Assembly (NCBI GenBank): GCA_963727805.1 | Contig: CAVSHF010000003.1 | Span: 1,568,001-1,632,000 of the forward strand | Direction of reading: 5' to 3' | Origin: an uncultured Nitrospiraceae bacterium | Lineage (GTDB): Bacteria > Nitrospirota > Thermodesulfovibrionia > Thermodesulfovibrionales > Dissulfurispiraceae | Length of the DNA: 64,000 nt | Part shown: positions 10,863 to 22,912 of the stretch, piece by piece | Position numbering within the stretch: the first letter of the stretch is position 1 | Layout: each line of letters starts with the position of its first letter | Notes under the pieces: generated by a model | What the model was told of the DNA's origin: nothing | The model's input: only the letters and a program-made list of their open reading frames with translations | Database searches by the model: none | Translations under genes and position numbers: made by a program

Positions 10863-12212
10863 TCAGTTTTTAACAAGTAATAGAGCTTTAGTCTGCATTT
10901 TAAACACAATCATGGTTTTCTTGGATAGTGCATTACACAGGTAGGCGGCAAAACCGTACGATATTACCGTTGCTATGGCAGCACCAACTCCACCATACTG
11001 TGGTATAAGTACTATATTTATAATGACGTTCAAAACTGCGCCCAATATTGTCTGAATAAGTGTGTATTTTAATATTCCTTCATTCACAAACCATATTGAC
11101 ATTGCACCTCCGAGAAACACAAAAATTGCGGCCCATATATGAATACTAAGAACAATTCCAGCTCCAGCGTATGTTTGGCCATATAAACAAGTAATAATAA
11201 GACTGGAAGCAAAAGTCATTGGCAGTGCAATAACATAAGCTATACGCACCAGTACGTTACAAAGTTGTTGTAATTGTCGGTAATATCTGCTCTCTGACTC
11301 CTGCTTAGCATGGGTAAGTGAAGGCCTAACTGAACTGACAATCACCGATGGTATAACATACCAGATTTCAGAGAAACGCAAAGCCGCTGAGTAAATCCCA
11401 ACTTCTCTATTCCCTGACATCTGCGCCAGCATGACCTGATCTATCCGCATATAAATCATGATGGCCAGTCCTGAAAGGATAGCCGGCCAGCTTTCACGGA
11501 GAAGCCTTCTGGCTTCATCCATCCTGGGACACCACAAGGTGGACATTGAATGTTGCCTTGCATAAAAAAGCACAAGACCGGCTCCTCCGATTATGACTTC
11601 AGCTAACGCAGCATACGCAAACGCAACAACTGACGCACGATTCACAATCAGGATAACTTTGATTACCGACAAAACGACAAAAGCCAAATTCTTGGCTACT
11701 ACTGTATATTTAGACAGGGTTTGAGACTGAAACCACAGATCGATTGCGTCGAAAGACTGAAAAATTAACCCGGTGGCAATAATTCCGACGAGCCAGCGGG
11801 TTTGGGTGTCAGCAGGACGCATTACTAAAATCGCAGCGAAGGACGCAAGGAATGCGATAGCCCCACCGCATAACTTCAATATAAACGTGGAGGAGAGGAT
11901 CTCGTATTTCCTCTCAGGCTCACGGATGATATCCCTAATAACTATTCCATCCAGACCAAGGGTAGCAAAAACCGCAAAAAGCGAGACAAAGGCGACTGCG
12001 AAATTTAGGGCTCCGAACTGCTCAGGTCCAAGATAACGAGCAACCCAAACACCGACAACGAGGCCGACCCCCATGCGGAGAATCTTATCGGCAAGCAGCC
12101 ATACCGTATTGCCAACTACCTTTTGGAGAAGGGGACGACCATCCATTCTTTTTTTTACTAAGGAAGGCACTAATATCGACAAGAGTCGTTCCGACTTGGA
12201 GATCATAAACAT
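10863..12212 (-). CDS. wzx: Polysaccharide flippase
   Basis: ARYLGPEQFG, IYMRIDQVML, GIYSAALRFSE; many TM helices. Confidence 0.92.
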   Translation of the reverse strand: MFMISKSERLLSILVPSLVKKRMDGRPLLQKVVGNTVWLLADKILRMGVGLVVGVWVARYLGPEQFGALNFAVAFVSLFAVFATLGLDGIVIRDIIREPERKYEILSSTFILKLCGGAIAFLASFAAILVMRPADTQTRWLVGIIATGLIFQSFDAIDLWFQSQTLSKYTVVAKNLAFVVLSVIKVILIVNRASVVAFAYAALAEVIIGGAGLVLFYARQHSMSTLWCPRMDEARRLLRESWPAILSGLAIMIYMRIDQVMLAQMSGNREVGIYSAALRFSEIWYVIPSVIVSSVRPSLTHAKQESESRYYRQLQQLCNVLVRIAYVIALPMTFASSLIITCLYGQTYAGAGIVLSIHIWAAIFVFLGGAMSIWFVNEGILKYTLIQTILGAVLNVIINIVLIPQYGGVGAAIATVISYGFAAYLCNALSKKTMIVFKMQTKALLLVKN

Positions 12213-12233
12213 TCAATGCAGGCGTGCAGTCAT

Positions 12234-13190
12234 TTAGAGAATAGTCTCTTCAACCATCATTCTGGCAACATCCTTCATTCTGCAGTTGGCGTACCATCCT
12301 AACGCATTTGCAGCCCGAGATGAGTTGCCGCAGCTGACCATAATCTCTGATGGTCTCAATAATGCGGAATCACTCCTCACATGCTCCCGCCAGTCGAGAT
12401 TCAGCGAGGTAAAAATCTCTGCCACAAATTCCTCGAGCGTGTGCTTTTCTCCGGTTGCAATGACAAAGTCCTGAGGTTGTTTCTGCTGAAGCATCAGCCA
12501 CATTGCTTCGACGAACTCAGATGCCCACCCCCAGTCGCGTGCGATAGATACATTACCCATATGGAGTTTCTCCCCGCTCCCAGCCGCAATCCGACGAGCG
12601 GCCCTAGCGACCTTCTGAGTGACAAACCGTTCCGGGCGCAGCGGAGATTCGTGGTTGAAAAGGATGCCCGTACAGGCAAACAGGCCGTAGGCCTCGCGAT
12701 AGTTAGCTACCTCCCAGAAGGCAGTTGCCTTGGCCACAGCATAAGGGCTGCGAGGGCGGAAGGGGGTCTCTTCGTTGGCAGGTAGGCCATCGGTATTACC
12801 GAAGCACTCGCTGGAACCGGCGTTATAAAGTTTTGTCGACCGTCCGATGAAGCGAATGGCCTCCAGCAGGTTTAGGGTGCCGACGCTAATACTTTCAAGA
12901 GTTTCGACTGGCTGTTCGAAAGAGAGGCTGACTGAGCTCTGACCTGCCAAGTTGTAGATTTCATCAGGTATTACCTTGTCAAGGACTTGTAGCACACTTC
13001 TAAAGTCGTTGAGAGCCATAGAGTGAAATGTGATTTGATCTTTGATGCCAAGACGTTTAAGGTTTGAAAAAGTGGACATTTGTGCATCACGTGATGTTCC
13101 ATATACCTCGTAGCCTTTTGACAAAAGAAGTCTTGCCAGATAGGCACCGTCCTGTCCGGATATACCGCATATTAAGGCTTTCTTACCCAT
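12234..13190 (-). CDS. GDP-mannose 4,6-dehydratase-like protein (second, shorter paralogue)
   Basis: [44 protein letters not shown]. Confidence 0.88.
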   Translation of the reverse strand: MGKKALICGISGQDGAYLARLLLSKGYEVYGTSRDAQMSTFSNLKRLGIKDQITFHSMALNDFRSVLQVLDKVIPDEIYNLAGQSSVSLSFEQPVETLESISVGTLNLLEAIRFIGRSTKLYNAGSSECFGNTDGLPANEETPFRPRSPYAVAKATAFWEVANYREAYGLFACTGILFNHESPLRPERFVTQKVARAARRIAAGSGEKLHMGNVSIARDWGWASEFVEAMWLMLQQKQPQDFVIATGEKHTLEEFVAEIFTSLNLDWREHVRSDSALLRPSEIMVSCGNSSRAANALGWYANCRMKDVARMMVEETIL

Positions 13191-14121
13191 GCGCAGTGTG
13201 TGCTGAAACAAATTCTTTCCAGGTTTTCTTAATACCGTCTGCTAGACCTATTTCCGCTTTCCAGCCCATATTTGATATTTTTGTCACATCAAGAAGCTTT
13301 CTCAGCGTTCCATCAGGCTTGGAGGTATCAAATCTTAGCTCACCCTCATATCCGACGATATCTTTGATCAGGTGGGCCAGCGCTTTGATTGAAAGGTCCT
13401 CTCCCGTCCCGATATTGACTATTTCGTTATCATTATAATTTTGCATAAGAAAAATGCAGGCATCAGCAAGGTCGTCCACATAAAGAAATTCCCGCTTGGG
13501 CGATCCGGTCCCCCATATTTCAACAAATGGTCTGTTTTCAATGCGAGCCATATGAAATTTGCTTATCAGTGCGGGAAGCACATGAGCATTTTGAAGGTCA
13601 AAATTATCTCCGGGTTCGTAGAGGTTAGTAGGCATTATGGAAATATAATTTGTTCCATATTGTCTGTTATATGACTGGCACATTTTGAAACCTGCTATCT
13701 TTGCCACAGCATATGGTTCGTTTGTAGGTTCCAGGTAACCCGATAACAGGTATTCCTCTTTCATTGGCTGCGGACAATGTTTTGGATAAATACATGAGCT
13801 GCCAAGAAACAAAAGTTTCCTTACACCAAACAGATACGATGAATGGATTAAATTTGTCTGGATTATCAGATTACTATAAATGAACTCAGCGGGATAAGTA
13901 TTATTTGCAAGAATCCCGCCCACTTTGGCAGCTGCTAAAAATACATATTCAGGTCTATTCTCTTTAAAAAACGCTTCAACTTCAGCCTGCCTCTGTAAAT
14001 CAAGCTCTGCACTGGTACGCGTGAGCAGATTATTGAAGCCTTCAGACTGCAATTTCCGTACAATTGCCGAACCTGCAAGTCCCCGGTGTCCGGCAACATA
14101 TATTTTCGATGATTTATTCAT
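13183..14121 (-). CDS. fcl: GDP-L-fucose synthase
   Basis: [44 protein letters not shown]. Confidence 0.95.
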   Translation of the reverse strand: MNKSSKIYVAGHRGLAGSAIVRKLQSEGFNNLLTRTSAELDLQRQAEVEAFFKENRPEYVFLAAAKVGGILANNTYPAEFIYSNLIIQTNLIHSSYLFGVRKLLFLGSSCIYPKHCPQPMKEEYLLSGYLEPTNEPYAVAKIAGFKMCQSYNRQYGTNYISIMPTNLYEPGDNFDLQNAHVLPALISKFHMARIENRPFVEIWGTGSPKREFLYVDDLADACIFLMQNYNDNEIVNIGTGEDLSIKALAHLIKDIVGYEGELRFDTSKPDGTLRKLLDVTKISNMGWKAEIGLADGIKKTWKEFVSAHTAHG

Positions 14122-15199
14122 AATATCTGAATGTTTTAAACCCGCTTTTTTTACAGAACAGATCTCGCTCGGCTTCTTTTATGTCCTCTCTTACCATCTC
14201 AGCAACTAGCTCATGAAAGCCGATTTTCGCCTTCCATCCCAGCTTTTCTGCTGCTTTAGACGGATCACCAAGTAATGTCTCCACTTCTGTCGGGCGGAAA
14301 TATCTCGGATCAACCTCCACCAGGACCTCACCTTTATGATAATCGTACCCTTTTTCGCTAATACCCTTCCCTTCCCAGCTGACCCTGATCCCTATTTCAT
14401 TAAAAGCCGCTTCGACAAATTCCCGGACGGAATGCTGCTCGCCAGTGGCTATCACATAATCTTCGGGGCTATCCTGCTGAAGCATTAGCCACTGTGCCTC
14501 TATATAATCTTTTGCATGGCCCCAGTCACGCCTGGAATCCAAGCTTCCCAGGAAAAGCTTATCCTGCAAGCCGAGCTTCTTCCTCGCCACGGCCCTTGTA
14601 ATTTTCCTTGTGACAAAAGTCTCACCTCGTAACGGCGACTCATGGTTGAAAAGAATGCCGTTACAGGCGAAGAAATTGTACGCCTCACGGTAGTTCACCG
14701 TTATCCAATATGCGTAGAGTTTTGCAGCGGCATAAGGACTTCTGGGGTAAAAAGGGGTTTTCTCGGTTTGGGGAGATTCCTGGACTTTCCCGTATAATTC
14801 CGAGGTTGAGGCCTGATAGAATCGTGTCTTTTTCTGCAGACTCAATATCCTGATTGCTTCAAGAATTCTCAATGTCCCCAAGGCATCTGAATTCGCTGTG
14901 TACTCCGGCGTCTCAAAAGAAACCTTCACATGGCTCTGTGCCGCAAGGTTATAAATTTCATCAGGCTGCACTTCCTGAATGATACGAATTAGATTGGTCG
15001 AATCCGTAAGATCACCATAATGCAACACTAAATTCAATTGTTTCTCATGGGGGTCCTGGTATAAATGGTCGATCCTACCTGTATTAAACATAGACGCCCT
15101 GCGTTTAATTCCATGCACAATGTACCCTTTCTTGAGCAGGAATTCTGCCAGATATGCCCCGTCCTGGCCCGTGATACCGGTAATAAGCGCTTTTTTCAT
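14114..15199 (-). CDS. gmd: GDP-mannose 4,6-dehydratase
   Basis: [36 protein letters not shown]. Confidence 0.96.
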   Translation of the reverse strand: MKKALITGITGQDGAYLAEFLLKKGYIVHGIKRRASMFNTGRIDHLYQDPHEKQLNLVLHYGDLTDSTNLIRIIQEVQPDEIYNLAAQSHVKVSFETPEYTANSDALGTLRILEAIRILSLQKKTRFYQASTSELYGKVQESPQTEKTPFYPRSPYAAAKLYAYWITVNYREAYNFFACNGILFNHESPLRGETFVTRKITRAVARKKLGLQDKLFLGSLDSRRDWGHAKDYIEAQWLMLQQDSPEDYVIATGEQHSVREFVEAAFNEIGIRVSWEGKGISEKGYDYHKGEVLVEVDPRYFRPTEVETLLGDPSKAAEKLGWKAKIGFHELVAEMVREDIKEAERDLFCKKSGFKTFRYYE

Positions 15200-15238
15200 G
15201 CGACAGCTCTCCTTGTTCTCATTTGACTGTTTCGTTTA

Positions 15239-16597
15239 TCAGATAGAGCAGCTCTTCTGTCTTCTCTTGCATGAGGATCCCATCTCCCCTCGCTTCGATA
15301 TTGAGGCGAACAAAGGCTCCGTATTGGAACAGCGAATGTTAAAACGCCACTGTTCAAACTCCCTAGAAAGGCCGTCGGTGTAGTCAACGCCCGGATGCAG
15401 CGGAATGTAGTGCTGACGTATCCGTTCGATGGTTGCTTCGGGATTCGCAAGTACCCGGTTGATCTCGCCGCTGACCGGGAAAAGCCCAAGCCTATCGCCG
15501 ACAAGCTTCGACAAGGCTAACCCTGTCCTGCTCATAATCTGCAACACCAACAGCCAAGGGATCATGCCGCTGTCACAATAGGCGAAATCCCTGAAATAAT
15601 GGTGAGCGCTCATCTCTCCACCATACACAGCATCTTCCGCACGCATTCGTTCTTTGATGAATGCATGCCCTGTCTTACTCATTATCGCAACTCCGCCGGC
15701 ATTGTTCACCATGTCCACCGTATTCCAGGTAAGACGCGGGTCGTGAATGATGCGGCCGCCTGGGTACTTTGCCAGAATGGCAGATGACAAGAGCCCAACT
15801 ACATAGTAACCCTCGACAAACGTACCCTGTTCATCAAACAAGAAGCAACGGTCAAAATCCCCGTCCCAGGCAATACCGATGTCCGCCCGGCTGTCCCGCA
15901 CAGCGGCAATCGTCGCGGCACGATTCTCAGGTAGCAGAGGGTTCGGTATGCCGTTGGGAAAGTTTCCATCCGGCTGGTGATTTATCTTGATAAACGATAC
16001 CGGAAGACTCTTTTCAAGTAGGTCAATGACCCTGCCAGCGCATCCGTTTCCAGAATTCACTACAACCTTCAGCGGACGCAGGGAAGAGACGTCCACGTAG
16101 CCCAGCAGGTGGGATATATATGCAGCCTCGATGTTCAACGACACAACAGTTCCGATTCTATCGGCCGGTTCAAAACAGTTGGCTCGCACCAGTTCCTTGA
16201 TGTCATTCAGACCGGTATCTCCGCTGATCGGTCGCGCATCCTCCCGCACCAGTTTCATGCCATTATAGTCCATGGGGTTATGACTCGCCGTCACCATGAT
16301 GCCGCCGTCCAGTCGTTCGTGGAAGGTTGCAAAATAGACCTCTTCTGTTCCGCAAACCCCTATATCAAGAACATCACTGCCGCCATGCGTCAATCCGCGC
16401 ACGAGGGCATTGGCCAATGATGCGCTCGAGAGGCGGACATCACGCCCGACAACTATCCTGGAGGGTCTGAGAAACTCGGCATAGGCCCTTCCAATTCGAT
16501 AGGCGATCTCCTCATTGAGAGTATCAGGGACCCTTCCTCGAATATCGTAAGCTTTGAAGCAACTAAGGTCTCGGCTATTATTATCTTCCGTAAACAT
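15239..16597 (-). CDS. manB: Phosphomannomutase with frameshifted C-terminus
   Basis: [26 protein letters not shown]. After SNTEPL the expected tail [10 protein letters not shown]...ETVK* lies in another frame ending at 15219. Confidence 0.9.
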   Translation of the reverse strand: MFTEDNNSRDLSCFKAYDIRGRVPDTLNEEIAYRIGRAYAEFLRPSRIVVGRDVRLSSASLANALVRGLTHGGSDVLDIGVCGTEEVYFATFHERLDGGIMVTASHNPMDYNGMKLVREDARPISGDTGLNDIKELVRANCFEPADRIGTVVSLNIEAAYISHLLGYVDVSSLRPLKVVVNSGNGCAGRVIDLLEKSLPVSFIKINHQPDGNFPNGIPNPLLPENRAATIAAVRDSRADIGIAWDGDFDRCFLFDEQGTFVEGYYVVGLLSSAILAKYPGGRIIHDPRLTWNTVDMVNNAGGVAIMSKTGHAFIKERMRAEDAVYGGEMSAHHYFRDFAYCDSGMIPWLLVLQIMSRTGLALSKLVGDRLGLFPVSGEINRVLANPEATIERIRQHYIPLHPGVDYTDGLSREFEQWRFNIRCSNTEPLFASISKRGEMGSSCKRRQKSCSI

Positions 16598-17990
16598 CCT
16601 CAAACCTGACAATATCGTCCTCACCAAGATAGCTGCCTGACTGCACCTCGATCAGTTCCAGCGGTATTACCCCCGGATTTTCAAGTCGATGTGTTACTCC
16701 GATCGGTATGTACGTGGACTGGTTTTCTGAAAGAAGAACAGTCTCGTCACCCCTTGTAATACGCGCAGTTCCTTTCACCACTATCCAGTGTTCCGCCCGG
16801 TGATGATGCATCTGCAAAGAAAGCGCAGCCCCAGGATTAACACTAATACGTTTTACCTGGAAACGTACGTCGCAATCTACGCATTGATATGATCCCCAGG
16901 GACGATATACTTTCCTGTGAATAACAGCTTCCTGACGATTTTGGGACTTTAACTGACTGACAATTGCCTTTACGCCCTGAACACGGTCCTTTCGTGCGAC
17001 CAACACGGCATCTGACGTTTCGACGATGATATGATCCTCAAGCCCCACCGACGCGACAAGGCGGCTTTCAGCAGAAATGAAGCAACCCTTGGACTCATGC
17101 ACTAATACATCACCTTTGAGGACATTACCGGATGCGTCCTGGTCTCCAATTTCCCAGAGGGCTGACCAGGAACCAACATCGCTCCAACCGGCGTCAAGGG
17201 GAACAACCATTGCTTCGGTCGTTTTTTCCATTACAGCGTAGTCGATTGAATCGATGGGGCAAGTCGCAAACGCTTCTCTGGAAAGGCGAGTAAAGTCCAT
17301 ATCTCGCGTGGAACCTTCATAAGCAGCGCGACAGGCGGCCACCATCGCGGGTTGGAATTTATTTAATTCAGCCAAAGAGCACTCAGCTGTAAACATGAAT
17401 ATTCCGCTGTTCCAGAAATAGTCGCCAGACTTGACATACTGCTCTGCAGTTGAGCGATCCGGTTTTTCGACAAAGGCGGCCACCGTATGGGCGTCTGCAT
17501 CAGGATCATTCCTGTCGGCTCGGATATACCCGTACCCGGTTTCAGGTCCCTTTGGAAGAATACCGAAAGTAACAAGTTTACCGGCCTCGGCATACGATCT
17601 GCCCGCTTCAACTGCCCTGTGAAATGCAGCTTTATCGGCGATCGCATGGTCGGCAGGGAGAACGAGCAGCACGGGATTTTGACCATCTTTTATAGCTTCC
17701 AAAGCGGCCAAAGCAGCGGCCGGAGCGGTATTTCTGCCAAAGGGCTCCAGAATAATCGCGGCCGGGTTAATACCTGTCTGACGCATCTGCTCTGCAACCA
17801 TAAAGCGGTGTTCCTCGTTGCAGATTATCAAAGGTGCTGCAATGCCCGCGATGCCGAGGGTTCTTAAAACGGTGTCCTGAAGCATACTGTTTTGGTTAAC
17901 CAAAGCAATGAGCTGCTTCGGATACAATTCACGAGAAAGGGGCCAAAGTCGACTACCCGTGCCGCCGGCAAGTATAACAGGGACGATCAT
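16581..17990 (-). CDS. manC: Mannose-1-phosphate guanylyltransferase/mannose-6-phosphate isomerase
   Basis: [43 protein letters not shown]. Confidence 0.96.
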   Translation of the reverse strand: MIVPVILAGGTGSRLWPLSRELYPKQLIALVNQNSMLQDTVLRTLGIAGIAAPLIICNEEHRFMVAEQMRQTGINPAAIILEPFGRNTAPAAALAALEAIKDGQNPVLLVLPADHAIADKAAFHRAVEAGRSYAEAGKLVTFGILPKGPETGYGYIRADRNDPDADAHTVAAFVEKPDRSTAEQYVKSGDYFWNSGIFMFTAECSLAELNKFQPAMVAACRAAYEGSTRDMDFTRLSREAFATCPIDSIDYAVMEKTTEAMVVPLDAGWSDVGSWSALWEIGDQDASGNVLKGDVLVHESKGCFISAESRLVASVGLEDHIIVETSDAVLVARKDRVQGVKAIVSQLKSQNRQEAVIHRKVYRPWGSYQCVDCDVRFQVKRISVNPGAALSLQMHHHRAEHWIVVKGTARITRGDETVLLSENQSTYIPIGVTHRLENPGVIPLELIEVQSGSYLGEDDIVRFEDVYGR

Positions 17991-18043
17991 ATTGATTGGA
18001 TTCTCCTTATCATCCTAATTCTGCAAGTTAGCAGGGCGCATTT

Positions 18044-19336
18044 CTAGGCACGGTAGATTATCCGGCCATCGCCGCGCACGACGTTCCGCGTATCAACAAC
18101 AGAAATGCCGAGCGAACCGAAATCAATGTTCCTGTATTCATCATGGGCCGTGGCAATCAGAATCAGGTCAAAGTCATGGCTAACCTCCACCGACCTCCGT
18201 CCAGCATAATGACCATATTCCCGTGACGGTCGAACAACAGGTATATACGGATCATTGTAGCTGACCTCGGCTCCCAGCTCTTCCAGCTTTTCCATCAGCC
18301 GGTAAGACGGGGACTCTCTATCGTCCTCCACGTTTGCCTTGTAAGCCAAACCGAGTATCAGGATGCGGGCGCCCTTGACCGCCTTGCCCTTGTCGTTTAG
18401 AGCCAGCATCACCTTGTTTACAACGTAATCGGGCGTTGCGGTGTTGATTTCCCCGGCCAGCTCGATGAAGCGTGTTTGGCACTCGAACTCACGGGCCTTC
18501 CACGTCAGGTAGAACGGGTCAATGGGAATGCAATGCCCGCCGAGCCCCGGTCCGGGGTAAAATGCCTGAAATCCAAAAGGCTTGGTCTTGGCCGCCTCTA
18601 TGACCTCCCAGATATCGATAGCCATCCGGTCGAAGAGGACCTTCAGTTCGTTCACCAGAGCTATGTTGACCGAACGATAGATGTTCTCAAGAAGTTTGGT
18701 TGCCTCGGCAACGCTGGGTGATGATACGGGTACTGTTCTTTCGACAATGCTTTCATAGAGTGCACTGGCCGCTTTCAGGCATTTAGGTGTGTAGCCGCCA
18801 ACGACCTTTGGGATATTTCGCACGCCGAACTTCCCATTGTTGGGGTCTTCACGCTCCGGCGAGAACGCCAGATAAAAGTCTCTACCGGCCCTAAGCCCGC
18901 TTTTTTCAAGAATAGCACGCAGTTCTCCGTCAGTCGTCCCCGGATATGTGGTGGACTCCAGGACAACAAGCTGTCCCCGGTGCAGTGTCGCGGCAATGCA
19001 GCTGCCGGAGTTGAATACATAAGTCATGTCTGGCTCCCGGTTTTTGTTCAACGGTGTCGGAACGCATATCAGGATGCAGTCCATTTCACCAAGCAGGTCA
19101 AAATCAGTCGTAGCACGAAAGCCGTCTTCAAGAGCCGTCACCAGTGCAGATGTATCGATATGCCTGATATAACTTGTACCCTGATTAAGGAGTACCACCT
19201 TGGACTCGTCGATGTCGAAGCCCATAACCGGGAAACCGGCCCTGCAAAACTCTATGACAAGGGGAAGGCCCACGTAGCCTAATCCGATGACACCGATACG
19301 GGCCTCTTTCATTCTGATTATTTCAAGAATAGCCAT
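18044..19336 (-). CDS. Nucleotide-sugar dehydrogenase (WbpA/WecC-like)
   Basis: GLGYVGLP, ESTTYPGTT, FSPER, GPGLGGHCIPIDP; GGAGG RBS before MAILE. Confidence 0.92.
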   Translation of the reverse strand: MAILEIIRMKEARIGVIGLGYVGLPLVIEFCRAGFPVMGFDIDESKVVLLNQGTSYIRHIDTSALVTALEDGFRATTDFDLLGEMDCILICVPTPLNKNREPDMTYVFNSGSCIAATLHRGQLVVLESTTYPGTTDGELRAILEKSGLRAGRDFYLAFSPEREDPNNGKFGVRNIPKVVGGYTPKCLKAASALYESIVERTVPVSSPSVAEATKLLENIYRSVNIALVNELKVLFDRMAIDIWEVIEAAKTKPFGFQAFYPGPGLGGHCIPIDPFYLTWKAREFECQTRFIELAGEINTATPDYVVNKVMLALNDKGKAVKGARILILGLAYKANVEDDRESPSYRLMEKLEELGAEVSYNDPYIPVVRPSREYGHYAGRRSVEVSHDFDLILIATAHDEYRNIDFGSLGISVVDTRNVVRGDGRIIYRA

Positions 19337-19431
19337 GCCTGAAAACGCCTCCAAATAAGTAGTTAGCGCTGATATTTTTCTTAGACGGCTCTTCATAACT
19401 GTTTTCATTAGATGTAAATATTGATGCTTGT

Positions 19432-21030
19432 CTATCGGGGGATAAACTCATTCAAAGTCGGTATGATGTCTTTGATAAAAACCTGCAGTCTTCGGTCGGC
19501 ATCGTCGACCTTTTCAGCGGAAGACATAGGGGTAATAATCCTGACCAGCGCCCCGTCCGTTCTTTTTCTCAGCAATGCATCCCACACGTTATAAATCTTC
19601 ATTTCATAAGCATTCGTCAGGACACGTCCGCGCTGATCGTACCAGAAGTATACCAATTGCCTGCTTTCCCCCTTTTCCATCAGGGCACGCATTACCGTCA
19701 CAGGCAACACACTTTTCCCTGACAACGAGATATTGGTCGTTCCGGCCTGCCTAAATATCCAGCCGCTTCCGGGCAGGCAGGTTTCCGGAGAATGGATCGA
19801 CTTACCCTTCCGCTGACTTGCATAGTACGCCACATAAACATTTATAGGCGGACTGTCAGGTTTAGAATAGTTGATGGAGGTATAATCGGTGAATTCAAGG
19901 GCATCGATAAATTCCTGCTCCAGGAACTGGCGTTTTCCTTCCCATGCTCCTACGACAAGCGGGAATTTGCTGAAGGGTCGGCTAATGGGCGTTTTTTCCC
20001 CGAAATCGACGAAAGAATGTATCGTAAGAGTAGCCACCAACAGGACAATTGCGACTATGGCCTGGGGTTGTGAAAATTTCATGTCGACATTCCTAGCTTC
20101 AGTTCTCAAATCATCTTTCTTCAGGTGTTCCGACTCTTCATTATCGCCGCCTTTGGCAGTCCCTTTCTTTTTCAGAAAACTTTCATCAGGTCGTGGCATA
20201 ATTTTGCTCAAAACCCATATCTCAGCCATTAGGATCGCGAAAGATACCATAAAAATGGCCCAACCCGAAAAATCATGAAAGAAACCCTCCGCTGCAGCAC
20301 GGCCGACCGCCTGATAGAGAAACGCCGTCAATGCAATGCGGAGCCCATTGGTCACGATAGATAAAGGAATCGACGACAAGACGATGATGATTTTTTTCCA
20401 ATATACTGCACGGTATAAATAGGCCATCAGGACGGCCATTAAGAAAAGCGGGATTAGATAACGAAGTCCACTGCATGCGTCAACAACCTGTAGTTGCGTA
20501 AACCCCAAATCTATAATGTTTCCTTCGCGGTAGCCCGACATCCCAAAAAGTTGAATCATTTTGATGCCGAGTTCTGATGAGACCAGCTTCAGGTTGAACG
20601 TAAGCTTTGTATTTAAAAAGTGAGGCAGCGGAAAGAGAAAAAGAGCGACAAAAAGCGGAAATGCCATGGTCCTTAATTTTATCCATCCCGTATGCAGCCA
20701 CAATAACCCCGCGACGACGAGCCATGAAGAAATATAAATGGAGTAAAATTCGCCAGCCAGCTCGCCGCCCCAGTATAAGAGGATGCCGGGAAGCAACAGA
20801 AGCAGTCCGCTCCAGGATGGAACCGAAGTCTCCTTCATCCATTTGTTCCTCTTCTCCCAGATCAGGTAAAGAACGACAAACGGAATGAGATAGCAATAAT
20901 TATAATCCTCTCTTGACCAATCATGCCCTATCAGCCACTCATAAGAAGAAAAATACATTACTGAAAGCAGCAGCCCATAAACAGCGGTGTACAACGCTGC
21001 TTCCGACTGCGCCATCGACTTTATTTGCAC
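19432..21030 (-). CDS. xrtD: Exosortase fused to an EpsI domain (XrtD-like)
   Basis: Catalytic-type motifs DACSGLR, NGLRI and FHDFSG; EpsI motifs IHSPETCLPGSGW and RTDGALVR; GTG start after GGGGAG. Subtype inferred from the VPxPP-type sorting signal at 52482. Confidence 0.85.
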   Translation of the reverse strand: MQIKSMAQSEAALYTAVYGLLLSVMYFSSYEWLIGHDWSREDYNYCYLIPFVVLYLIWEKRNKWMKETSVPSWSGLLLLLPGILLYWGGELAGEFYSIYISSWLVVAGLLWLHTGWIKLRTMAFPLFVALFLFPLPHFLNTKLTFNLKLVSSELGIKMIQLFGMSGYREGNIIDLGFTQLQVVDACSGLRYLIPLFLMAVLMAYLYRAVYWKKIIIVLSSIPLSIVTNGLRIALTAFLYQAVGRAAAEGFFHDFSGWAIFMVSFAILMAEIWVLSKIMPRPDESFLKKKGTAKGGDNEESEHLKKDDLRTEARNVDMKFSQPQAIVAIVLLVATLTIHSFVDFGEKTPISRPFSKFPLVVGAWEGKRQFLEQEFIDALEFTDYTSINYSKPDSPPINVYVAYYASQRKGKSIHSPETCLPGSGWIFRQAGTTNISLSGKSVLPVTVMRALMEKGESRQLVYFWYDQRGRVLTNAYEMKIYNVWDALLRKRTDGALVRIITPMSSAEKVDDADRRLQVFIKDIIPTLNEFIPR

Positions 21031-22151
21031 TGTTCTCCCCCTCTCGCCCCTTTCGGATGCTGGGATACCGGACCGGCCAGGACAGACCAAATGCGTTCAG
21101 CGGCGCGGCCGTCCCATTTTGACGGGGCGGAATAATTTACTGTTTTTTCCGGAATGGATTGGTATGCGCTCAAGATGCCTTCCTTTTTTGTACCAGCAAG
21201 AATATTCGTACCCGAGGTTAACGTAATCGGGCGCTCCGTATTTTGGCGAATTGTAATGCATGGAACACCAAGAGCGGTTGTCTCCTCCTGAAGTCCTCCG
21301 CTGTCAGTCATAACCGCCCGCGCATCCTTCCACAAGAATAAAGACTCCCGGAAACCCAGCGGCGGCAGAAGAATGACATTCTCAGAAAAGTTGATGTTGA
21401 AATAATCGATCATTTTCTTCGTGCGCGGATGGACTGGAAAAATAATCGGCTGTTTGACGGCAATCTCATTCAATGCAGAAGTAATACCCTGGAATATTTC
21501 TCTATTGTCTACGTTGGAAGGCCTGTGTAAAGTCAAAAATATATATGGATTTTTCTCTTTCTTCAATCTGCAAACTGAATATTGCTCAGGGTTTTCGGAC
21601 TTGAGAATCTCAAGTTGATGGAAGAGGTTATCGACCATTACGTTGCCTACAAAATGAATTCGCTCGGCAGGCTTCCCTTCATGGATTAAATTTTCGGTAC
21701 CGCTCTCCTCGGTGACGAAGAAACAGTCCGTTATGCTATCTGTCACCATGCGGTTAATCTCTTCAGGCATACAAAGATCGAAACTTCTCAGCCCCGCTTC
21801 GACGTGGGCCACTTTGATCATGAGTTTCTTAGCCGTAATACTGCAGGCTATCGTGGAATTTACATCTCCAACGACTATGACCCAGTCCGGCCTTTCCCGT
21901 AAACATACCTCCTCGAAGGCAACCATGATCTTTGCGGTCTGAACGGCATGAGAGCCCGAACCGGCTTCAAGGAAAAAATCCGGATGCGCAATTTCCAAAT
22001 CTTCAAAAAAAGATGAAGACATTTCATAATCATAATGCTGCCCGGTATGCACGATCCGGCAGTCCAAACCCTCAATTTGTTTTGCGGCCCTGTGGATCGG
22101 CGCTATTTTCATGAAGTTCGGACGGGCACCCGCAATCAGCAGTACCTTCAT
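21021..22151 (-). CDS. wecB: UDP-N-acetylglucosamine 2-epimerase (non-hydrolysing)
   Basis: GARPNFMK, HTGQHYD, HVEAGLRS, TDSGGLQEE. Confidence 0.95.
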   Translation of the reverse strand: MKVLLIAGARPNFMKIAPIHRAAKQIEGLDCRIVHTGQHYDYEMSSSFFEDLEIAHPDFFLEAGSGSHAVQTAKIMVAFEEVCLRERPDWVIVVGDVNSTIACSITAKKLMIKVAHVEAGLRSFDLCMPEEINRMVTDSITDCFFVTEESGTENLIHEGKPAERIHFVGNVMVDNLFHQLEILKSENPEQYSVCRLKKEKNPYIFLTLHRPSNVDNREIFQGITSALNEIAVKQPIIFPVHPRTKKMIDYFNINFSENVILLPPLGFRESLFLWKDARAVMTDSGGLQEETTALGVPCITIRQNTERPITLTSGTNILAGTKKEGILSAYQSIPEKTVNYSAPSKWDGRAAERIWSVLAGPVSQHPKGARGGEQCK

Positions 22152-22912
22152 ATCGTCTTACTCCGCAAGCCGCTCATATAGCTAAGTTTGGCTGAGAGAA
22201 CCAATATCGCAAACAGAGGCAGCCATTTCTGTCTTTTGATCCTTTTGGGTTCTGCAAGAAGTCTGTAAAGCCATTCTGCCCAGTACTTACGCCAAATCGC
22301 CGGTGCACGCTTGACCGTCCCGCCTATCGTGTCCAATGTGCCGCCAATGCCCTGGACGACTCTCACATGCTCAAGGGCAGCCTTATGTTCCGCGAACCAT
22401 TTTTCCTGTTTTGGCGAACCCAGGGCGACAAAGAGAATTTCCGCCCGCGATTCGTTGATCTGCCTGATCAGTTGCGGCATTTCAGCTTTGCCGACATACC
22501 CGTTCGCCCTGCCCACAATTAAAAGCCGCGGATACCGTGCCGCAAGTATCTCTGCCGATTTTCTATTGACATCCTCGCTTGCCCCGTATACAAATATCCG
22601 GTAACCTTCTTTCTCGGCCAGACCGCATATGTCAAATATAAATTCCGACCCTGGAACCCGTTCTAGTTTGGCGCTTTGCAGGATTCTGGCAGCCAGTACC
22701 ATCCCTATACCATCTGGAAGCAGGAGATCCGCGTCTCTGAATACATCGTAAAGCTCGGGATCTTTCGGCACGGAAAAGTTCTTTTCGGGATTTGATGCAA
22801 ATACGGAATTCGGCCGGTTTCCATCTTTAAGAAAATCCCTGACTCGCCCGATTGCTTCATCGCGGGTCACAGGATCAACCCATATATCCAGGATTCTAAG
22901 TCTTTCTTTCAT
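22148..22912 (-). CDS. WecB/TagA/CpsF-family glycosyltransferase
   Basis: NPEK, PDGIG, RVPGSE, VALGSPKQEKW, EWLYRLLAEPKR. Confidence 0.93.
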   Translation of the reverse strand: MKERLRILDIWVDPVTRDEAIGRVRDFLKDGNRPNSVFASNPEKNFSVPKDPELYDVFRDADLLLPDGIGMVLAARILQSAKLERVPGSEFIFDICGLAEKEGYRIFVYGASEDVNRKSAEILAARYPRLLIVGRANGYVGKAEMPQLIRQINESRAEILFVALGSPKQEKWFAEHKAALEHVRVVQGIGGTLDTIGGTVKRAPAIWRKYWAEWLYRLLAEPKRIKRQKWLPLFAILVLSAKLSYMSGLRSKTI

